DNA of 64,000 bases, from positions 2,216 to 66,215 of the forward strand of contig JBEISK010000003.1 in the NCBI GenBank assembly GCA_040375445.1, in the 5' to 3' direction. This document shows positions 1 to 11,900 of this stretch, piece after piece. Under the pieces are notes generated by a model, which worked only from the letters and a program-made list of their open reading frames with translations, was not told the DNA's origin and searched no databases. The DNA is from Gammaproteobacteria bacterium (GTDB taxonomy: Bacteria > Cyanobacteriota > Vampirovibrionia > Vampirovibrionales > JAJTHC01). The translations under genes were made by a program, and so were the position numbers. The stretch's first letter is position 1, and each line of letters opens with the position of its first letter.

Positions 1-1351
1 GGCAAAAGCCGTTGACAATGGCGGTGACCGCCTCTTCCATGGGGATGCCTCGGCTTTGAAAGTAAAACAACTGGTCTTCACTAATGCGAGAGGTCGACGC
101 TTCATGTTCCAACTGCACCGTAGGATTTCCCACATTGATATAAGGGTAGGTATTCGCTGAACAGGTCGAGCCGATCAACATGCTGTCGCACTGCGTAAAA
201 TTACGTGCGTTTTCGGCTTTGGGCTTAATCACCACAGAGCCACGGTAACAATTCTTCGAAACGCCTGCACTAATGCCTTTCGACACAATACGGCTTTTCG
301 TGTTCTTGCCGATATGGATCATCTTGGTGCCCGTGTCGGCTTGCTGGAAGTGGTTGGTGAGTGCCACACTGTAAAATTCACCGACCGAATCATCGCCTTT
401 TAGCACGCAACTGGGGTACTTCCATGTAATGGCGGAACCTGTTTCCACTTGCGTCCAAAACACACGGCTACGATCGCCTTTGCAATGGGCTCGTTTGGTC
501 ACAAAATTGTAAATCCCGCCTGCCCCTGTTTTAGGGTCCCCCGCAAACCAGTTCTGCACGGTGGAATACTTGATTTCCGCATCATCTAGGGCCACCAGCT
601 CAACGACCGCCGCATGTAACTGCTTGGTGCTAAACGCAGGAGCCGTACAGCCTTCCAAATAGCTGACTTTGGCGTTTTTATCGGCGATAATCAAGGTGCG
701 TTCAAATTGACCTGACTCTTCCGTGTTGATGCGGAAATAGGTGGACAGATCCATGGGGCAGGTGACGCCTTCAGGGATGTAGACAAAAGAACCGTCGGTA
801 AACACGGCGGCGTTCAAAGCAGCAAAGTAATTGTCCGTGACTGGCACGACAGACCCAAGATACTGCTTGACGAGATCCGCATGCTCTTCTAAGGCTTCTG
901 AAATGGAACAGAAAATCACGCCGTGCTTGGCAAGATCTTTCTTAAAGGTTGTGGCAATAGACACACTGTCAAAGACGGCATCCACGGCAACATTGGCGAG
1001 CTTCTTCTGTTCGTTCAAGGGAATCCCTAGTTTTTCAAAGGTCGCCAACAATTCAGGATCCACCTCGTCCAAACTTTGCTTTTTGGGCAAGTTCTTCGGT
1101 GCGGAATAATAGCTAATGGCTTGATAATCAATCGGATCATAATCCACATCTGCCCAAGTCGGTTCTTCCATTTTGAGCCATTGCTTGTAGGCGTCTAGGC
1201 GGAATTGAAGCATCCAGTCGGGTTCGTTTTTCTTGGCTGAAATCGCACGAATGACGTCTTCATTTAAGCCTTTTGCAAAGGTTTCCATGGGCATATCGGT
1301 AGTAAAGCCGTATTTATAATCTTCGTTAATGACGTCTAGGGTGCTGGTCAT
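1..1351 (-). CDS. sufB: Fe-S cluster assembly protein SufB (C-terminus runs past the window start)
   Basis: Manual minus-strand translation from the ATG at 1349-1351 (SD AAGGA upstream) gives [59 protein letters not shown]..., a close match to the characteristic SufB N-terminus. The frame stays open to position 1. Confidence 0.85.
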   Translation of the reverse strand, partial: MTSTLDVINEDYKYGFTTDMPMETFAKGLNEDVIRAISAKKNEPDWMLQFRLDAYKQWLKMEEPTWADVDYDPIDYQAISYYSAPKNLPKKQSLDEVDPELLATFEKLGIPLNEQKKLANVAVDAVFDSVSIATTFKKDLAKHGVIFCSISEALEEHADLVKQYLGSVVPVTDNYFAALNAAVFTDGSFVYIPEGVTCPMDLSTYFRINTEESGQFERTLIIADKNAKVSYLEGCTAPAFSTKQLHAAVVELVALDDAEIKYSTVQNWFAGDPKTGAGGIYNFVTKRAHCKGDRSRVFWTQVETGSAITWKYPSCVLKGDDSVGEFYSVALTNHFQQADTGTKMIHIGKNTKSRIVSKGISAGVSKNCYRGSVVIKPKAENARNFTQCDSMLIGSTCSANTYPYINVGNPTVQLEHEASTSRISEDQLFYFQSRGIPMEEAVTAIVNGFC

Positions 1352-1379
1352 GGGGAATCCTTTTTTGCTGAGTTGTTGT

Positions 1380-1871
1380 TTAATGCCAGTGGGTGTCTTG
1401 ATGCTCACAGGTTTGACACGCCCCTGCATCGGGGTTATGGGTTTCGCAAGGGGTGCATTGGGTTTCCAGCACCGTCAAACGTTTGGATAAATCGGCTTGC
1501 AAGGCGGTGAGGCTTGCAAGCTTTTCGCTTAAGCACTGGTGTTGACGCTCCAACAACGTGCGACTGCGTTCAATGCGTTGAGCCTTGAGGGGCAAGCTAT
1601 TGCCGTCTGACGCCTTGCCGAGGATCTCCAAAATATCGTCCAGCGAATAGTTGAGGTCTTGCAAGGTTAAAATGGCGGCAATTCGCTTTTGGGCGGATGC
1701 ATCGTAAAGGCGGTAGCCCCCTTCGCTACGTTGGGTGGCACAAATCAGTTGAAGCTCTTCATAATACCGCAACGCACGAACCGTCACACCGCAGGCTTTG
1801 GCGAGGGTGCCAATAGTCATAAGAGCATCCGATGATTTTACAAACCTATGTTGAGACGACAGAGCAGACAT
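1380..1871 (-). CDS. MerR-family transcriptional regulator with C-terminal Cys/His cluster (C-x2-C-x10-C-x2-C); probable true start at internal Met (about 1820)
   Basis: [22 protein letters not shown] is a canonical MerR HTH N-terminus, followed by a coiled-coil dimerisation region. The tail [25 protein letters not shown] is metal- or cluster-binding-like. It lies directly upstream of sufB on the same strand. Confidence 0.7.
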   Translation of the reverse strand: MSALSSQHRFVKSSDALMTIGTLAKACGVTVRALRYYEELQLICATQRSEGGYRLYDASAQKRIAAILTLQDLNYSLDDILEILGKASDGNSLPLKAQRIERSRTLLERQHQCLSEKLASLTALQADLSKRLTVLETQCTPCETHNPDAGACQTCEHQDTHWH

Positions 1872-1992
1872 TTAAGATTTACCACATAGACATTTAAAAT
1901 AAGCGTCAGACCTGCTTATTTTGGATACGTCCAGTCTAACAAAACCCTAACGTCCACGTCAATGTTTTTATCCATGTAACGAAACCGTTACG

Positions 1993-2481
1993 TTAGCCAA
2001 AAAGCTTATCTAAGCTTTTGGTGAATAAATTAGCTCCTAACGTGTTAGCAGGGGTATTCAAGGGGTTAGACACTTGCGTGGTATTCAAAGGCACCCCCCC
2101 CATGCTAGGAGGCACAGGCATAAAGGTTGTTGCTTGAATAGTGTGCCATGTGGGATTTTGATCTAAATTTGCAGGAGGCTTGAAGATTGAAGAATTAAAG
2201 CCAAAATTATTGGAAGTACTGCCTAACATCGTGTTACCGTATCCCAAGGGGTTGAGTTTAGAGTTTGGTGTGAGTGCTGTTTGAGTAGGAGTTGCTTCGC
2301 GTGTGGTTTCCACAGGCTTGGCAGCCGTGACAACGCCCCAAGCTTGTGTTCCTGTGCTTGGTGAAGATGGCGTTTCGCTGGCGTTTTTTGCGACGCTCCA
2401 TTCTTGCTGGCCTGTAGGAGCTTTGTAAGTTGTTGGTGCAGAACTTGTGCGAATTTTATTAATCATGGCGAGAGAGTCCAA
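1993..2481 (-). CDS. hypothetical Thr/Pro/Ser/Asn-rich low-complexity protein
   Basis: 162-aa ORF with no recognisable domain and a strongly biased composition. It could be real (secreted or surface) or could be spurious. Confidence 0.3.
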   Translation of the reverse strand: MDSLAMINKIRTSSAPTTYKAPTGQQEWSVAKNASETPSSPSTGTQAWGVVTAAKPVETTREATPTQTALTPNSKLNPLGYGNTMLGSTSNNFGFNSSIFKPPANLDQNPTWHTIQATTFMPVPPSMGGVPLNTTQVSNPLNTPANTLGANLFTKSLDKLFG

Positions 2482-2569
2482 TCGGTTTACTAAGGGGGTC
2501 TTACCTTAATAAAACAATCACATTTGGCTATCTTGCTTGATTGTTACCTTCTGTTACACATATCGAACA

Positions 2570-3601
2570 CTATGCGGCTTCTGTGGAACTAGAAGCCTTC
2601 TGTTTTTCTTGTGATTCACGCCACCAGCAGAGCAATGAAGACGCAATCGCAATCGACGAATACGCCCCGATGATGATACCCAAGCCCATGCAAAGCACCA
2701 AGTTCTGCGTGCTTTCCCCCCCAAAGAAGTAAAGCGTTGCTAAAGGCAGTAAGGCGGTCAAGGAGGTGTTAATCGAACGAGCCAGCGTCTGATTGATCGA
2801 CACATTGACGACTTCTGAAAACGGCTTTTTTTGCGAAAACATGAGACGGTTATTTTCACGCAAACGATCAAACACCACAATCGTGTCATGCACACTAAAG
2901 CCAATGACGGTTAGAATCCCTGTAATAAATAGACTGTCCACCGCTATATTAGCGAGGTAGCCCATGCCTGCGAAAATCCCTAGCACAATCACGGTATCGT
3001 GCAATAAGGCGACTAAGGCACAAATGGCATAATCCAACTGAAAACGATAGGTGAGGTAACCTGTAATCAATAAATACGCAAAGCCTAGCGCCAACAAGGC
3101 ATTGGTGAGCAGTTCACTGGCGAGCGTGGGTCCAACCGTATTGCGTTGTAAGAGCTGAAAATCTCCCACGTTATTTTTCAGTGTGGCATCCAGCGTTTTA
3201 ATTTGGGGAGCATCCAGCATTTTGGTGCGAATGGAAAGCACCGTCCCTGCTTCTTTTTGATTGACTTTAATCGGTGTATTGATCTGCACGACGGCATCTT
3301 CAATTTCATAGGCGTCCAAGGCATGAGCGATGTGGGGCAAGTCTTCTTGTTGCACGGTTTTAGGCGTGTGGATTTCGGTCAACGTACCGCCCACAAAATC
3401 GATACCCAGCTTAAGTGGTGAATGGGTGGGCGTATTGGCGATGTTCAATCCCATAAAGACCAAGCCTGGTAGCATCATCGCCACCGCAATCCACAAATAC
3501 ACGGCACGATATTTCACAATATCCACCCAGTATTTAAGCTTGGATGCAACCGTTGTGTCTTGAGCCGTTGTGGCGGTTTCTGTGTTGGTGATGAGTGTCA
3601 T
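2570..3601 (-). CDS. secF: protein translocase subunit SecF
   Basis: 343 aa with a six-TM SecD/SecF-family topology, immediately downstream of secD on the same strand. Conserved SecF-like loop and TM motifs (GIDFVGGT..., LHDTIVVFDRLREN). Confidence 0.85.
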   Translation of the reverse strand: MTLITNTETATTAQDTTVASKLKYWVDIVKYRAVYLWIAVAMMLPGLVFMGLNIANTPTHSPLKLGIDFVGGTLTEIHTPKTVQQEDLPHIAHALDAYEIEDAVVQINTPIKVNQKEAGTVLSIRTKMLDAPQIKTLDATLKNNVGDFQLLQRNTVGPTLASELLTNALLALGFAYLLITGYLTYRFQLDYAICALVALLHDTVIVLGIFAGMGYLANIAVDSLFITGILTVIGFSVHDTIVVFDRLRENNRLMFSQKKPFSEVVNVSINQTLARSINTSLTALLPLATLYFFGGESTQNLVLCMGLGIIIGAYSSIAIASSLLCWWRESQEKQKASSSTEAA

Positions 3602-3607
3602 AGCGGA

Positions 3608-4831
3608 TTATCCTTTTGAAAATGTCATGCGTGAACGGGTTTCAGCACCTAACGCCAATTCTAAAATCGTACGAGTCACCGTCAATGCCGTAAACATACT
3701 CATGGCAACGCCTAGTGCGAGTGTCACGGCAAAGCCTTTGACGGATCCTGTCCCCAAGCTCCACAAGACGGCACAGGTGATGAGCGTCGTAAAATTAGAA
3801 TCTAAAATAGACGGCAAGGCTCGGTCAAAGCCAAGAGACAACGCTTTTTTAAAGGCTTTGCCTTGAGCGAGTTCTTCTTTGGTGCGTTCAAAAATCAAGA
3901 TGTTCGCATCCACCGCCATACCGATCGATAAGATAAAACCTGCAATCCCCGCCAGCGTGAAGGTCACGCCCACCAGCATTAAGGCGACATAGCTTAATAA
4001 GGTATACGCCACCAAGCCCACATTGGCGACGAGTCCCAGCTTGCGGTAATAGCCAATCATAAAGACGAGTACGGCAAGTAGTCCGGCGACACCCGCTTTA
4101 AGGCTTTGAGACAAAGAGTTTTCACCCAATAAAGCACCGACCGTGCTTTCTTCGACGACTTCCACATTCACAGGCAAGGCGCCTGCGTTGAGCGTATCGA
4201 CAATCGTTTTCGCTTCATCTTTGCTGAAATCACCTGTGATTTGACCCGAGCCACTTAAAATGGCATCCTGCACCGAAGGAGACGACACCAGTTGCCCGTC
4301 AAAAAAGACGGCAAGCGGTTCTTTTTGTGTTGCCATATCAGCGGTGAGTGTCGCAAATTTTCTAGCCCCTTCGCCTGTAAGTTCAAAGCCGATCATCCAG
4401 CCCCCCAAGGGGTCTTGATCTAAACGAGCCACTTTTAAATCACGACCTGTTACATCAGTATTTGCCCAATTGCCGTTTTTCTTACGCTTAAACTCCAGCA
4501 AACCCACTTTGCCGAGCTGGTTTTTCGCCTCTTCAGGATCTTTAATCCCCGGTATTTCCACCAATAAGCGAGAGTCTCCCGATTTCTGTACAATGGCTTC
4601 AGAAACACCAAACTTATTGACGCGTTGCTCTATCACTAGCTGTAAGCTGTCCATGACACGAGGGGTAATGCTTTTGACTTGCTCGTTAGGGACGGCTTCT
4701 AGGGTCAAGCGAGTGCCACCTTTTAAGTCGAGTCCGAGGCTAGGCGGATGCTTCACCGCATAAAAGCCAGCCCCTGCGAGTAGAATGAGCAGGACGAAAA
4801 ATTTGAGTTGAGGCGTTTTGGAAGATGACAT
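3608..4831 (-). CDS. secD: protein translocase subunit SecD
   Basis: 407 aa with an N-terminal TM, a large periplasmic domain (LGLDLKGG... motif) and a C-terminal multi-TM region. Forms a secD-secF tandem. Confidence 0.85.
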   Translation of the reverse strand: MSSSKTPQLKFFVLLILLAGAGFYAVKHPPSLGLDLKGGTRLTLEAVPNEQVKSITPRVMDSLQLVIEQRVNKFGVSEAIVQKSGDSRLLVEIPGIKDPEEAKNQLGKVGLLEFKRKKNGNWANTDVTGRDLKVARLDQDPLGGWMIGFELTGEGARKFATLTADMATQKEPLAVFFDGQLVSSPSVQDAILSGSGQITGDFSKDEAKTIVDTLNAGALPVNVEVVEESTVGALLGENSLSQSLKAGVAGLLAVLVFMIGYYRKLGLVANVGLVAYTLLSYVALMLVGVTFTLAGIAGFILSIGMAVDANILIFERTKEELAQGKAFKKALSLGFDRALPSILDSNFTTLITCAVLWSLGTGSVKGFAVTLALGVAMSMFTALTVTRTILELALGAETRSRMTFSKG

Positions 4832-4940
4832 CGACGATTCTCTTTAATAATTTAATGGATAATTAGCTCTTATTATACATGAAAAACGCCTATTTTTGTG
4901 ATATATTTAAAATTAACGAGTCGCTAAAGAAAGAAGTTCT

Positions 4941-6062
4941 ATGCCGTCCCCCCCCACAATTTACCTCGATGCCGAATGCTTTATTCGTCCCTTTGGCGGG
5001 GTTGCCAAAGCCACATGGAGATTGTATGAGGCGTTTTGCAAAAAATATGCCGATGACTTCAACGTCGTTGCGGTGAGACGTTCGAAAAAACTACAACACC
5101 CGCTGCCCAAAGGTATGAAAGACCTGCCCCTTGGTGATTCCTCCGTGCGTGAAATATGGCGTTCGCTCGTCTTGCCCCCCCTCTCATGGATGCCCAACGT
5201 ACACGCCATTCACTTCCCCAATAACGGACGCATCCCTTTTGGCACATCAAACTTTCCCTTTCCTCGCAAGGCGTTTATGACCTTGCACGATGTGCTTCCT
5301 TTGGAAGTCGACGGTATTCTTGAAGGCGAACGTCGGGAACGTTATATCAAACGCATTCAGGCAGAAATTGATGCCTGTGCCTTTGTGATGACGGTGTCGC
5401 AGTATTCTAAATCGCAGATTTTACGCCATTTCACCACACGAAATGAGATTGTCGTGGTGCCGAATGCCTCTACGCTTCCCAAAAAACACGGACGCCTCCC
5501 TTTAGCCCTTTCAGAAACCCAGCCTTATTTTTTGTATACAGGGCGTTACGAAGCCCGCAAGGGCATTGACACCGCCATTGAAGCGATGATTGCCTTGCAT
5601 GAACGCAAGGCGTTGACCACGCAACTTTGGTTGACAGGGCAGATTCATTATTTTAGTGAAGATTTTGAAGCCCTTGTCAAAAAAGCCACCGATCTGGGCA
5701 TTATCAAAGAATTGGGCTATGTGAGTGACGAAGAACTCGCCACGTTGATGCACGAAAGTCGAGGACTCTTGTACTTGTCACGCTCTGAAGGCTTTGGGTT
5801 GCCTCCGCTGGAAGCCATGAGCCAAGGATGCCCCGTGATTGCCACGAACTTAACGGCGATCCCTGAAGCGTGCGGTCAAGCGGTTTTGTATGTGGATCCT
5901 GATCGTCTTGAACAGGTACAAAACGCCATTTTACAATTGGAAGAAAATGCTCCCTTGCGTATGGAACTGATTCAAAAGGGTTTTAAGCAAGCCCATACCT
6001 TTTCATGGGAAGCGTCGGCTGATATTTTGGCTCGTGCCTTGCGTCAATATTTTATTCATTAG
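4941..6062 (+). CDS. GT4-family (GT-B) glycosyltransferase
   Basis: 373 aa. The C-terminal half carries the Glycos_transf_1 signature (YTGRYEARKGID...EGFGLPPLEAM...). Confidence 0.75.
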   Translation: MPSPPTIYLDAECFIRPFGGVAKATWRLYEAFCKKYADDFNVVAVRRSKKLQHPLPKGMKDLPLGDSSVREIWRSLVLPPLSWMPNVHAIHFPNNGRIPFGTSNFPFPRKAFMTLHDVLPLEVDGILEGERRERYIKRIQAEIDACAFVMTVSQYSKSQILRHFTTRNEIVVVPNASTLPKKHGRLPLALSETQPYFLYTGRYEARKGIDTAIEAMIALHERKALTTQLWLTGQIHYFSEDFEALVKKATDLGIIKELGYVSDEELATLMHESRGLLYLSRSEGFGLPPLEAMSQGCPVIATNLTAIPEACGQAVLYVDPDRLEQVQNAILQLEENAPLRMELIQKGFKQAHTFSWEASADILARALRQYFIH

Positions 6063-6101
6063 ATGATAAACTTGAAATATACTTTTTAGACTGGAAGAGG
6101 C

Positions 6102-7487
6102 TTGTCTATGCCACTACTCGAAGCCCCAAATATCACTTTAGAAGAAACAGCCCTTAGTGATGAAGGCTCTATTTTAAAAAATGGATCTTTTATGAGCCTG
6201 TGGTGGTCGCAAGTCTTGTCTCAACTGGCGGATCGCATTATTTTCGTGGTGTTTGTCGCCTATATCACGCATTTGTACGGAGGCGATGAACGCTTTACCA
6301 GTTACTTGTACGTCGCTTTTACCATTCCAGCCATCTTGCTGACCGCAGTAGCAGGCGTTTTTGTAGATCGCTGGCCTAGACGCCTTACACTAGTCGCCAT
6401 CAACGTCATGCGAGGGCTTTTGGTGTTTGCCTTGCCTCAAATGGCAGAAGCAGGCTTAGTTTACTTGTATGTGTTGGCATTTTTATTGTCCAGTGTTACC
6501 CAGTTTTTTGTGCCTGCAGAATCCGCCACGATTCCCACCATTGTGCCGAAATCACAATTACTTTCGGCCAATTCTTTGTTTACCACCACGATGATGGCAA
6601 GTGTGATTGTCGGCTTTGCCTTGGGCGATCCCCTCATCGAACTATTGAGCCTAGAAGAAGTGCATTGGGCGTTAAGCTTGCTCTTTATGGGAGCAGCCGT
6701 CTGCTTGTTTGGACTTCGCATTGATAAAAACGTCGCCGTGCCTGATCGTGTCGATCCCACGAAACCTCGCACAATGCGAGAAAGCGTCAATCGCTTTAAG
6801 TCGGAACTGAAAGAAGGCTTTGCCTATATTCGGCAACATACCGCCGTATGGCACGCTATGGCAAAACTCGCCTTGTTGTTTTCAGCGGTTGTGGCGATGT
6901 GTATTTTGTCGATTACCTTTTCCAAAAACTTTTTGTATGTGGATCCCACTATTGCGGCTCGGAAGTTTGCCTATATTGTGGCGAGTTCAGGGATTGGTAT
7001 GGCAGTGGGTGCCATGCTGGTGAGTACCGTCTTAAAACGTCTGCCTGCTCCATTTACCGTTTATAGCGGAATGCTTTTGTTGATGTTAGGTTTGGTCGGG
7101 ATGGCAGGTGTGCCTTTGATTTTTCCTGATTTAGGCACCTTGTTTGCGAGCATCCCCATGCCGAGTGGGACGCCTCCTTTGGTGTTAAGCGATCGTATGG
7201 CGTGGACGTATATCGCCAGCATTGTGATGGGTTTGGGAGCCGCAGCGGTGGCGATTCCCTTACAAGCCTTCTTGCATGATCGCATCCCTGAAGCGATTCG
7301 TGGGAAGGTTTTGGGTGTGCAGTTTACCATGCTGTCGACGAGTTCGACCTTGCCTGCGTTAATTGCAGGCTTAAGTTCGCATTTCATGGGCGTGCAAGCC
7401 ATGATGTTGTGGTTGGCGTTGCCGTTTGCCTTGTGGGGAGGCTACGGCGTTTACCTCATGCTCTTCAAAAAAATGCGAGCGTTTTAA
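6102..7487 (+). CDS. MFS-type transporter
   Basis: 461 aa with about 12 predicted TM helices, a conserved VDRWPRR loop motif and MFS-like topology. Confidence 0.65.
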   Translation: MSMPLLEAPNITLEETALSDEGSILKNGSFMSLWWSQVLSQLADRIIFVVFVAYITHLYGGDERFTSYLYVAFTIPAILLTAVAGVFVDRWPRRLTLVAINVMRGLLVFALPQMAEAGLVYLYVLAFLLSSVTQFFVPAESATIPTIVPKSQLLSANSLFTTTMMASVIVGFALGDPLIELLSLEEVHWALSLLFMGAAVCLFGLRIDKNVAVPDRVDPTKPRTMRESVNRFKSELKEGFAYIRQHTAVWHAMAKLALLFSAVVAMCILSITFSKNFLYVDPTIAARKFAYIVASSGIGMAVGAMLVSTVLKRLPAPFTVYSGMLLLMLGLVGMAGVPLIFPDLGTLFASIPMPSGTPPLVLSDRMAWTYIASIVMGLGAAAVAIPLQAFLHDRIPEAIRGKVLGVQFTMLSTSSTLPALIAGLSSHFMGVQAMMLWLALPFALWGGYGVYLMLFKKMRAF

Positions 7488-7522
7488 GCTTTTGTTTGGA
7501 TTTTTTTGTGTAGGATAGTCTT

Positions 7523-8869
7523 CTATACCGCATGCCAGTGCAGTTGCTTCAAGACGGCTTCCACCAAGCTATGCGTCTGTCCTTGATGGGCGGCGAGCAT
7601 GACATAACCCGCTTTGACCAAGCGTTCTCGCTCGCTGGTATTGGTCATCAATTCCACAATGGCATGCTTCAAGGCAAGGGCATCTTGTGCCTGAATGCCT
7701 GCTTCATGTTGTTCGACCGTGTACACGATTTCCTTAAAATTGCTCATATAAGGGCCATACAAAACAGGCGTCCCCACCATAATTGGTTCTAAAATGTTAT
7801 GCCCCCCCAAGTGAGGCAAAAAGCTCCCTGCGACAATCGCCATATCTGAAAACGCCAAGATGTCTTTCAATTCGCCGATGCTGTCCACCAAAACCGTTTT
7901 TTCCGTATTTAAAGAAGCTTCACTTAAAGACGATCTTAAACGAAAGCGAAAGGTTTCTTCTCTTAATAAACGGCTGACTTGCGGGATCCGCTCAGGGTGA
8001 CGAGGCACCAAAACCACCCGCAGTTCAGGGAAGTCTCGTCCCAGTTCGTACAAGACGTTCAACAATAGGGCTTCTTCCCCCTCATGGGTAGACGCCACTG
8101 TAATAACGGTACTGTCTTTCGGGAAGTTAAAGAGTTTTTTGAGATGCTGGATTTTGTCTTGTCGTTCGTGCCAAGGCGGTAAATCAAACTTTAAATTGCC
8201 CAAAACCGACACTTTGTTAATGGCATGAGGCAAGAGCAAGGACTTAAAACGCTGAGCATCCAACTTGGTTTGCATGTAGGCGTGATCCAACAAACTTAAA
8301 ATGGGTCTTAAAAAACGCTTGATTTTTTGATAGCCTAAAAAGGACTTGTCGGACAAACGCCCGTTGATGAGATATAAGGCGGTGGCACTACGATGTCCGA
8401 TATACCAAATAAAATAAGGCCATAACTCGGTTTCCATAATCATCACCAAATCGGGGCGAATGGCTTTGACTAAAGGGTTCACCGCAAAAAAAGCATCATA
8501 GGGGAAATACAAGACTACGCACTGATTGCCTAAATCCGCTTGGGCGAGGGTCTGCCCTGTTTTGGTGGTGGTACTAATGACTACCGTGATGTTCTGCTCT
8601 AAAAGCAGATGAATCAAGGGTTTTACGGCCAATAGTTCACCGACTGAAACCGCATGGATCCACAAGACAGGCTGGTTTCGGTTCAATTTATCGAGCTCTT
8701 CTTCTAGAGCGGGTGAAATAAATCCACATTTTTGCCAAAAGCCTGCTCGTAACTTCGGTACAAACACAAAGGCGAGTAACCAAAACGGCAGGGTGAAAAA
8801 AACAGCGATCAAAAGCAAGGCTTGATAAAGCAGTACACGACGAAAGGCTTCTTTGCTTTTTGAAAGCAC
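7523..8869 (-). CDS. waaA: 3-deoxy-D-manno-octulosonic acid (Kdo) transferase
   Basis: 448 aa with an N-terminal membrane anchor, a KdtA-like N-domain (VLWIHAVSVGE...) and a GT-B C-domain. Implies an LPS-containing diderm envelope. Confidence 0.75.
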   Translation of the reverse strand: MLSKSKEAFRRVLLYQALLLIAVFFTLPFWLLAFVFVPKLRAGFWQKCGFISPALEEELDKLNRNQPVLWIHAVSVGELLAVKPLIHLLLEQNITVVISTTTKTGQTLAQADLGNQCVVLYFPYDAFFAVNPLVKAIRPDLVMIMETELWPYFIWYIGHRSATALYLINGRLSDKSFLGYQKIKRFLRPILSLLDHAYMQTKLDAQRFKSLLLPHAINKVSVLGNLKFDLPPWHERQDKIQHLKKLFNFPKDSTVITVASTHEGEEALLLNVLYELGRDFPELRVVLVPRHPERIPQVSRLLREETFRFRLRSSLSEASLNTEKTVLVDSIGELKDILAFSDMAIVAGSFLPHLGGHNILEPIMVGTPVLYGPYMSNFKEIVYTVEQHEAGIQAQDALALKHAIVELMTNTSERERLVKAGYVMLAAHQGQTHSLVEAVLKQLHWHAV

Positions 8870-8944
8870 GGTCTTTTCTTCCTTCTAAAAAGGGATTCAT
8901 TCCTTGGCAAAGCAAGGAAGAATCCCTTTAATATCTATAAATAA

Positions 8945-11900
8945 CTAACCAATCAGATCATCATCGGCGATGTTGGCGGCTAAATCATCAAATTCTTCTT
9001 CACTTTCGATACCCATGCCCATTGAAGAGGCAAAACTATCATCCAGCAAGAAGTCACTGAAGCTTTCCACATCAGGAGAACCGAACATGCTTTCGATTTC
9101 TTCCAATATCGCAGAAGGCTTACGAGCGTTGGATTTAAGGTTAGCGGAATCGTCTTGCTCAAGCTCACGACGCTGATCTTTAAAGCGTGGGAAACCAGTA
9201 CCAGCTGGAATGAGGCGTCCGATAATGACGTTTTCTTTCAAACCACGCAAGAGATCGATACGTCCTTCAACAGCGGCTTCTGTTAAGACCCGTGTCGTTT
9301 CTTGGAACGAAGCGGCGGAGATGAAACTTTCCGTGTTCAAACTGGCTTTCGTAATACCGAGTAATACAGGTGAATACGCTGCAGGACGCTGCCCTGCTTC
9401 TTCCGCTTGACGGTTGGCTTCATTGAGGACTTTCATATCCACCAATTCACCACCCAACAAGAAGGTATCGCCACTTTCATCAATGCGAACCTTGCGAGTC
9501 ATTTGACGCACAATGATTTCCAAGTGCTTGTCCGCAATTTCAACGCCTTGCGAACGGTAGACTCGTTGGACTTCTTCGACTAAGAATTGGCTAACCGCTT
9601 CAACCCCTGAAATCTCAAGAAGTTCATGTGGATTGATCGAACCATCGGTGACTTGCTCACCCGCTTTAATCGCTTGACCGTCTTCCACCAAGAGGTTGGC
9701 TCCCAAAGGAATCGCCACTTCTACACGACCTGCTTCATCATCCACCAGGAACACATGAGGCACTTCTTCGTCCCACGTAATTTCAATCTTGGCATTAAAG
9801 GGAGCCAAAACCGCAATTTCTTTAGGCTTACGACCTTCCAACAATTCTTCAACTTTGGGAAGACCCTGAACAATATCCCCTGTTTTTTGACGTTCAAAGA
9901 TCAAGGTGGCAATCAAGTCGCCTTGTTGAGACAGACCGTAATTTTCAGCCTGCAACTGCGTACCAGGGCTAATCAAATAAGGGCGTCCGATGTGGAGGGT
10001 GACGGTTTTCCCTTCGACCGCTTCCACTTGAGCCGAATCAATCGAAAGCGTACCTTTATTGTCTAAAGCTTGTCCCACACGAATGAAATCGCCCGTTTTG
10101 ACGATGACATCGCCAGCTAAGGTCTGTTCCTTCAAGTGCTTTTGAGACACGAGCAATAAACGACGCACTTCACGAGCATCGGCATCTTTCGGCAGTATAA
10201 TCGTACCGTTGGTGGTGGCGAGTACTTGAGATTTCACGACGGATCCGTTTTTCTCAATAATTTCGCCATGTTCAACCAAGAGCATGGTTTTCGTGGCATT
10301 GGCACGAACCGTTTCAGAGCTATTGTTGTGACGAATCGTGATATGCTCAAGCACAACCACTTTCAATTCTTGCTCTTCTTCGCTTAAGAATTGTAATTCT
10401 GTCACCCCTTTTAGACGAGACATAAAGCCTCCCATTTGCAGCACCAAACTTGTGCGTAATAAAGAAGTGCCTTCTACAGAGCGAAGTTTGGCGCCGTCGG
10501 TGGCTTGCAATTGCGTAACAGGAATCACACGAATATGCTCTTCTTCAGTCGACATGAACTCAATATTCACCTCACGAGGCGCAACTTCATATTCATAGAC
10601 AGGACGAATCAAGACTTCGGCATACTCCAGCGAAGAGGTGTCATCGGTGTCAGGGTTAAAATTATCTTCAGCATCATCGATTTGATAAGTAATGGTGACC
10701 AAACTGCGAACCGTTGCCGCAATTCCGGGAGCCACTTCATCACCGACTTCAATAATGGTGCCGTCATCGACTTGCAAGTCTTTGACTTCATCCACACGAT
10801 ACAATTCACCAGGACGCACAATCACTTCATGGATAATATCATTTTCTTCCACAAAGTTGACGACCCCGTCAATACGGGCGTAAATGCCGTTAACCAGCTC
10901 TGTACCTGCTTTGACGAACATGCCTGAATCCAAACCAGGGGCTTTTAAGGAAATGTCTTTAGACACTTGGTGAATCTCTTCAGGAATGAAGAGCACCTTC
11001 CCTGCTTTGGTGACGATTTGTTGCTCGTCGACTTCTACGCCTTCATAGCGGATTTCACCACTGGTGGGAACCGAAACGCTATCATCGACTAGTTCCGCGA
11101 TAATACTACCATTTTCAACGGTCGTGCCTTGAGGCGCCTTAATGATGTAGGTTTCTTCCACTTCATCGGTATCGCCTGAAACTTGCCATAACATTTCTTT
11201 TTTCGTTTGCACGAACTCGGCATTGGCAGGACTGACTGATGCAATCACAACCGTCAATTCTTTACCATTTTCGATGACTTTCACATCTTCATTATTGATG
11301 TTCGCTTCAACCGTGACCAAATCTTCAGGCAAGCGGACTTCTCCACCATACTCACTTTGTAGCATGGTTTCAGCCAACACATCATCGGCAAAAACGCTTT
11401 GAGCGTCTTGCACTTTTAAGTCAGAACCAGCAGGTAAGTTGTAAACATCCCCACCCAAGACCCAAATGGTACCGCTACGGTTTGCCGTGCGTGAAATGTT
11501 ACCTTGACGATCCCGCTTTTCATCAGCATCAAAGTCTTCATAACGCACTTTACCGCTTAAATCAGCCGTAATATCTTTGGTCGCTTTTTCAGTCAAACGG
11601 TTCATGTTACCACGAGCCGAACTCGGATCGAACTCAAAAATGGCTTGTCCTGCTTCAACCGCAGTTCCTTTTTTATGAACAAATAAGGTCGCTCCAAAGG
11701 GAACTGTATAGACTTCGTCTTTGCCTTTGGCGGTTTCAATCACCAACTGACCATCACGAGTGGCAATATCCACCACATCCCCATGACGGGTACGGAAGTC
11801 CCGAACAGGCACTTCAACTTTGACTTTACCCGCATTCGTCGCTTTGACGATTTCACGAGACACGCCACCACTAAATACACCCCCTGTGTGGAAGGTACGC

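Noticed and set aside
831-1109. 92-aa ORF on the plus strand
   Set aside because: It lies antisense within sufB. Spurious.
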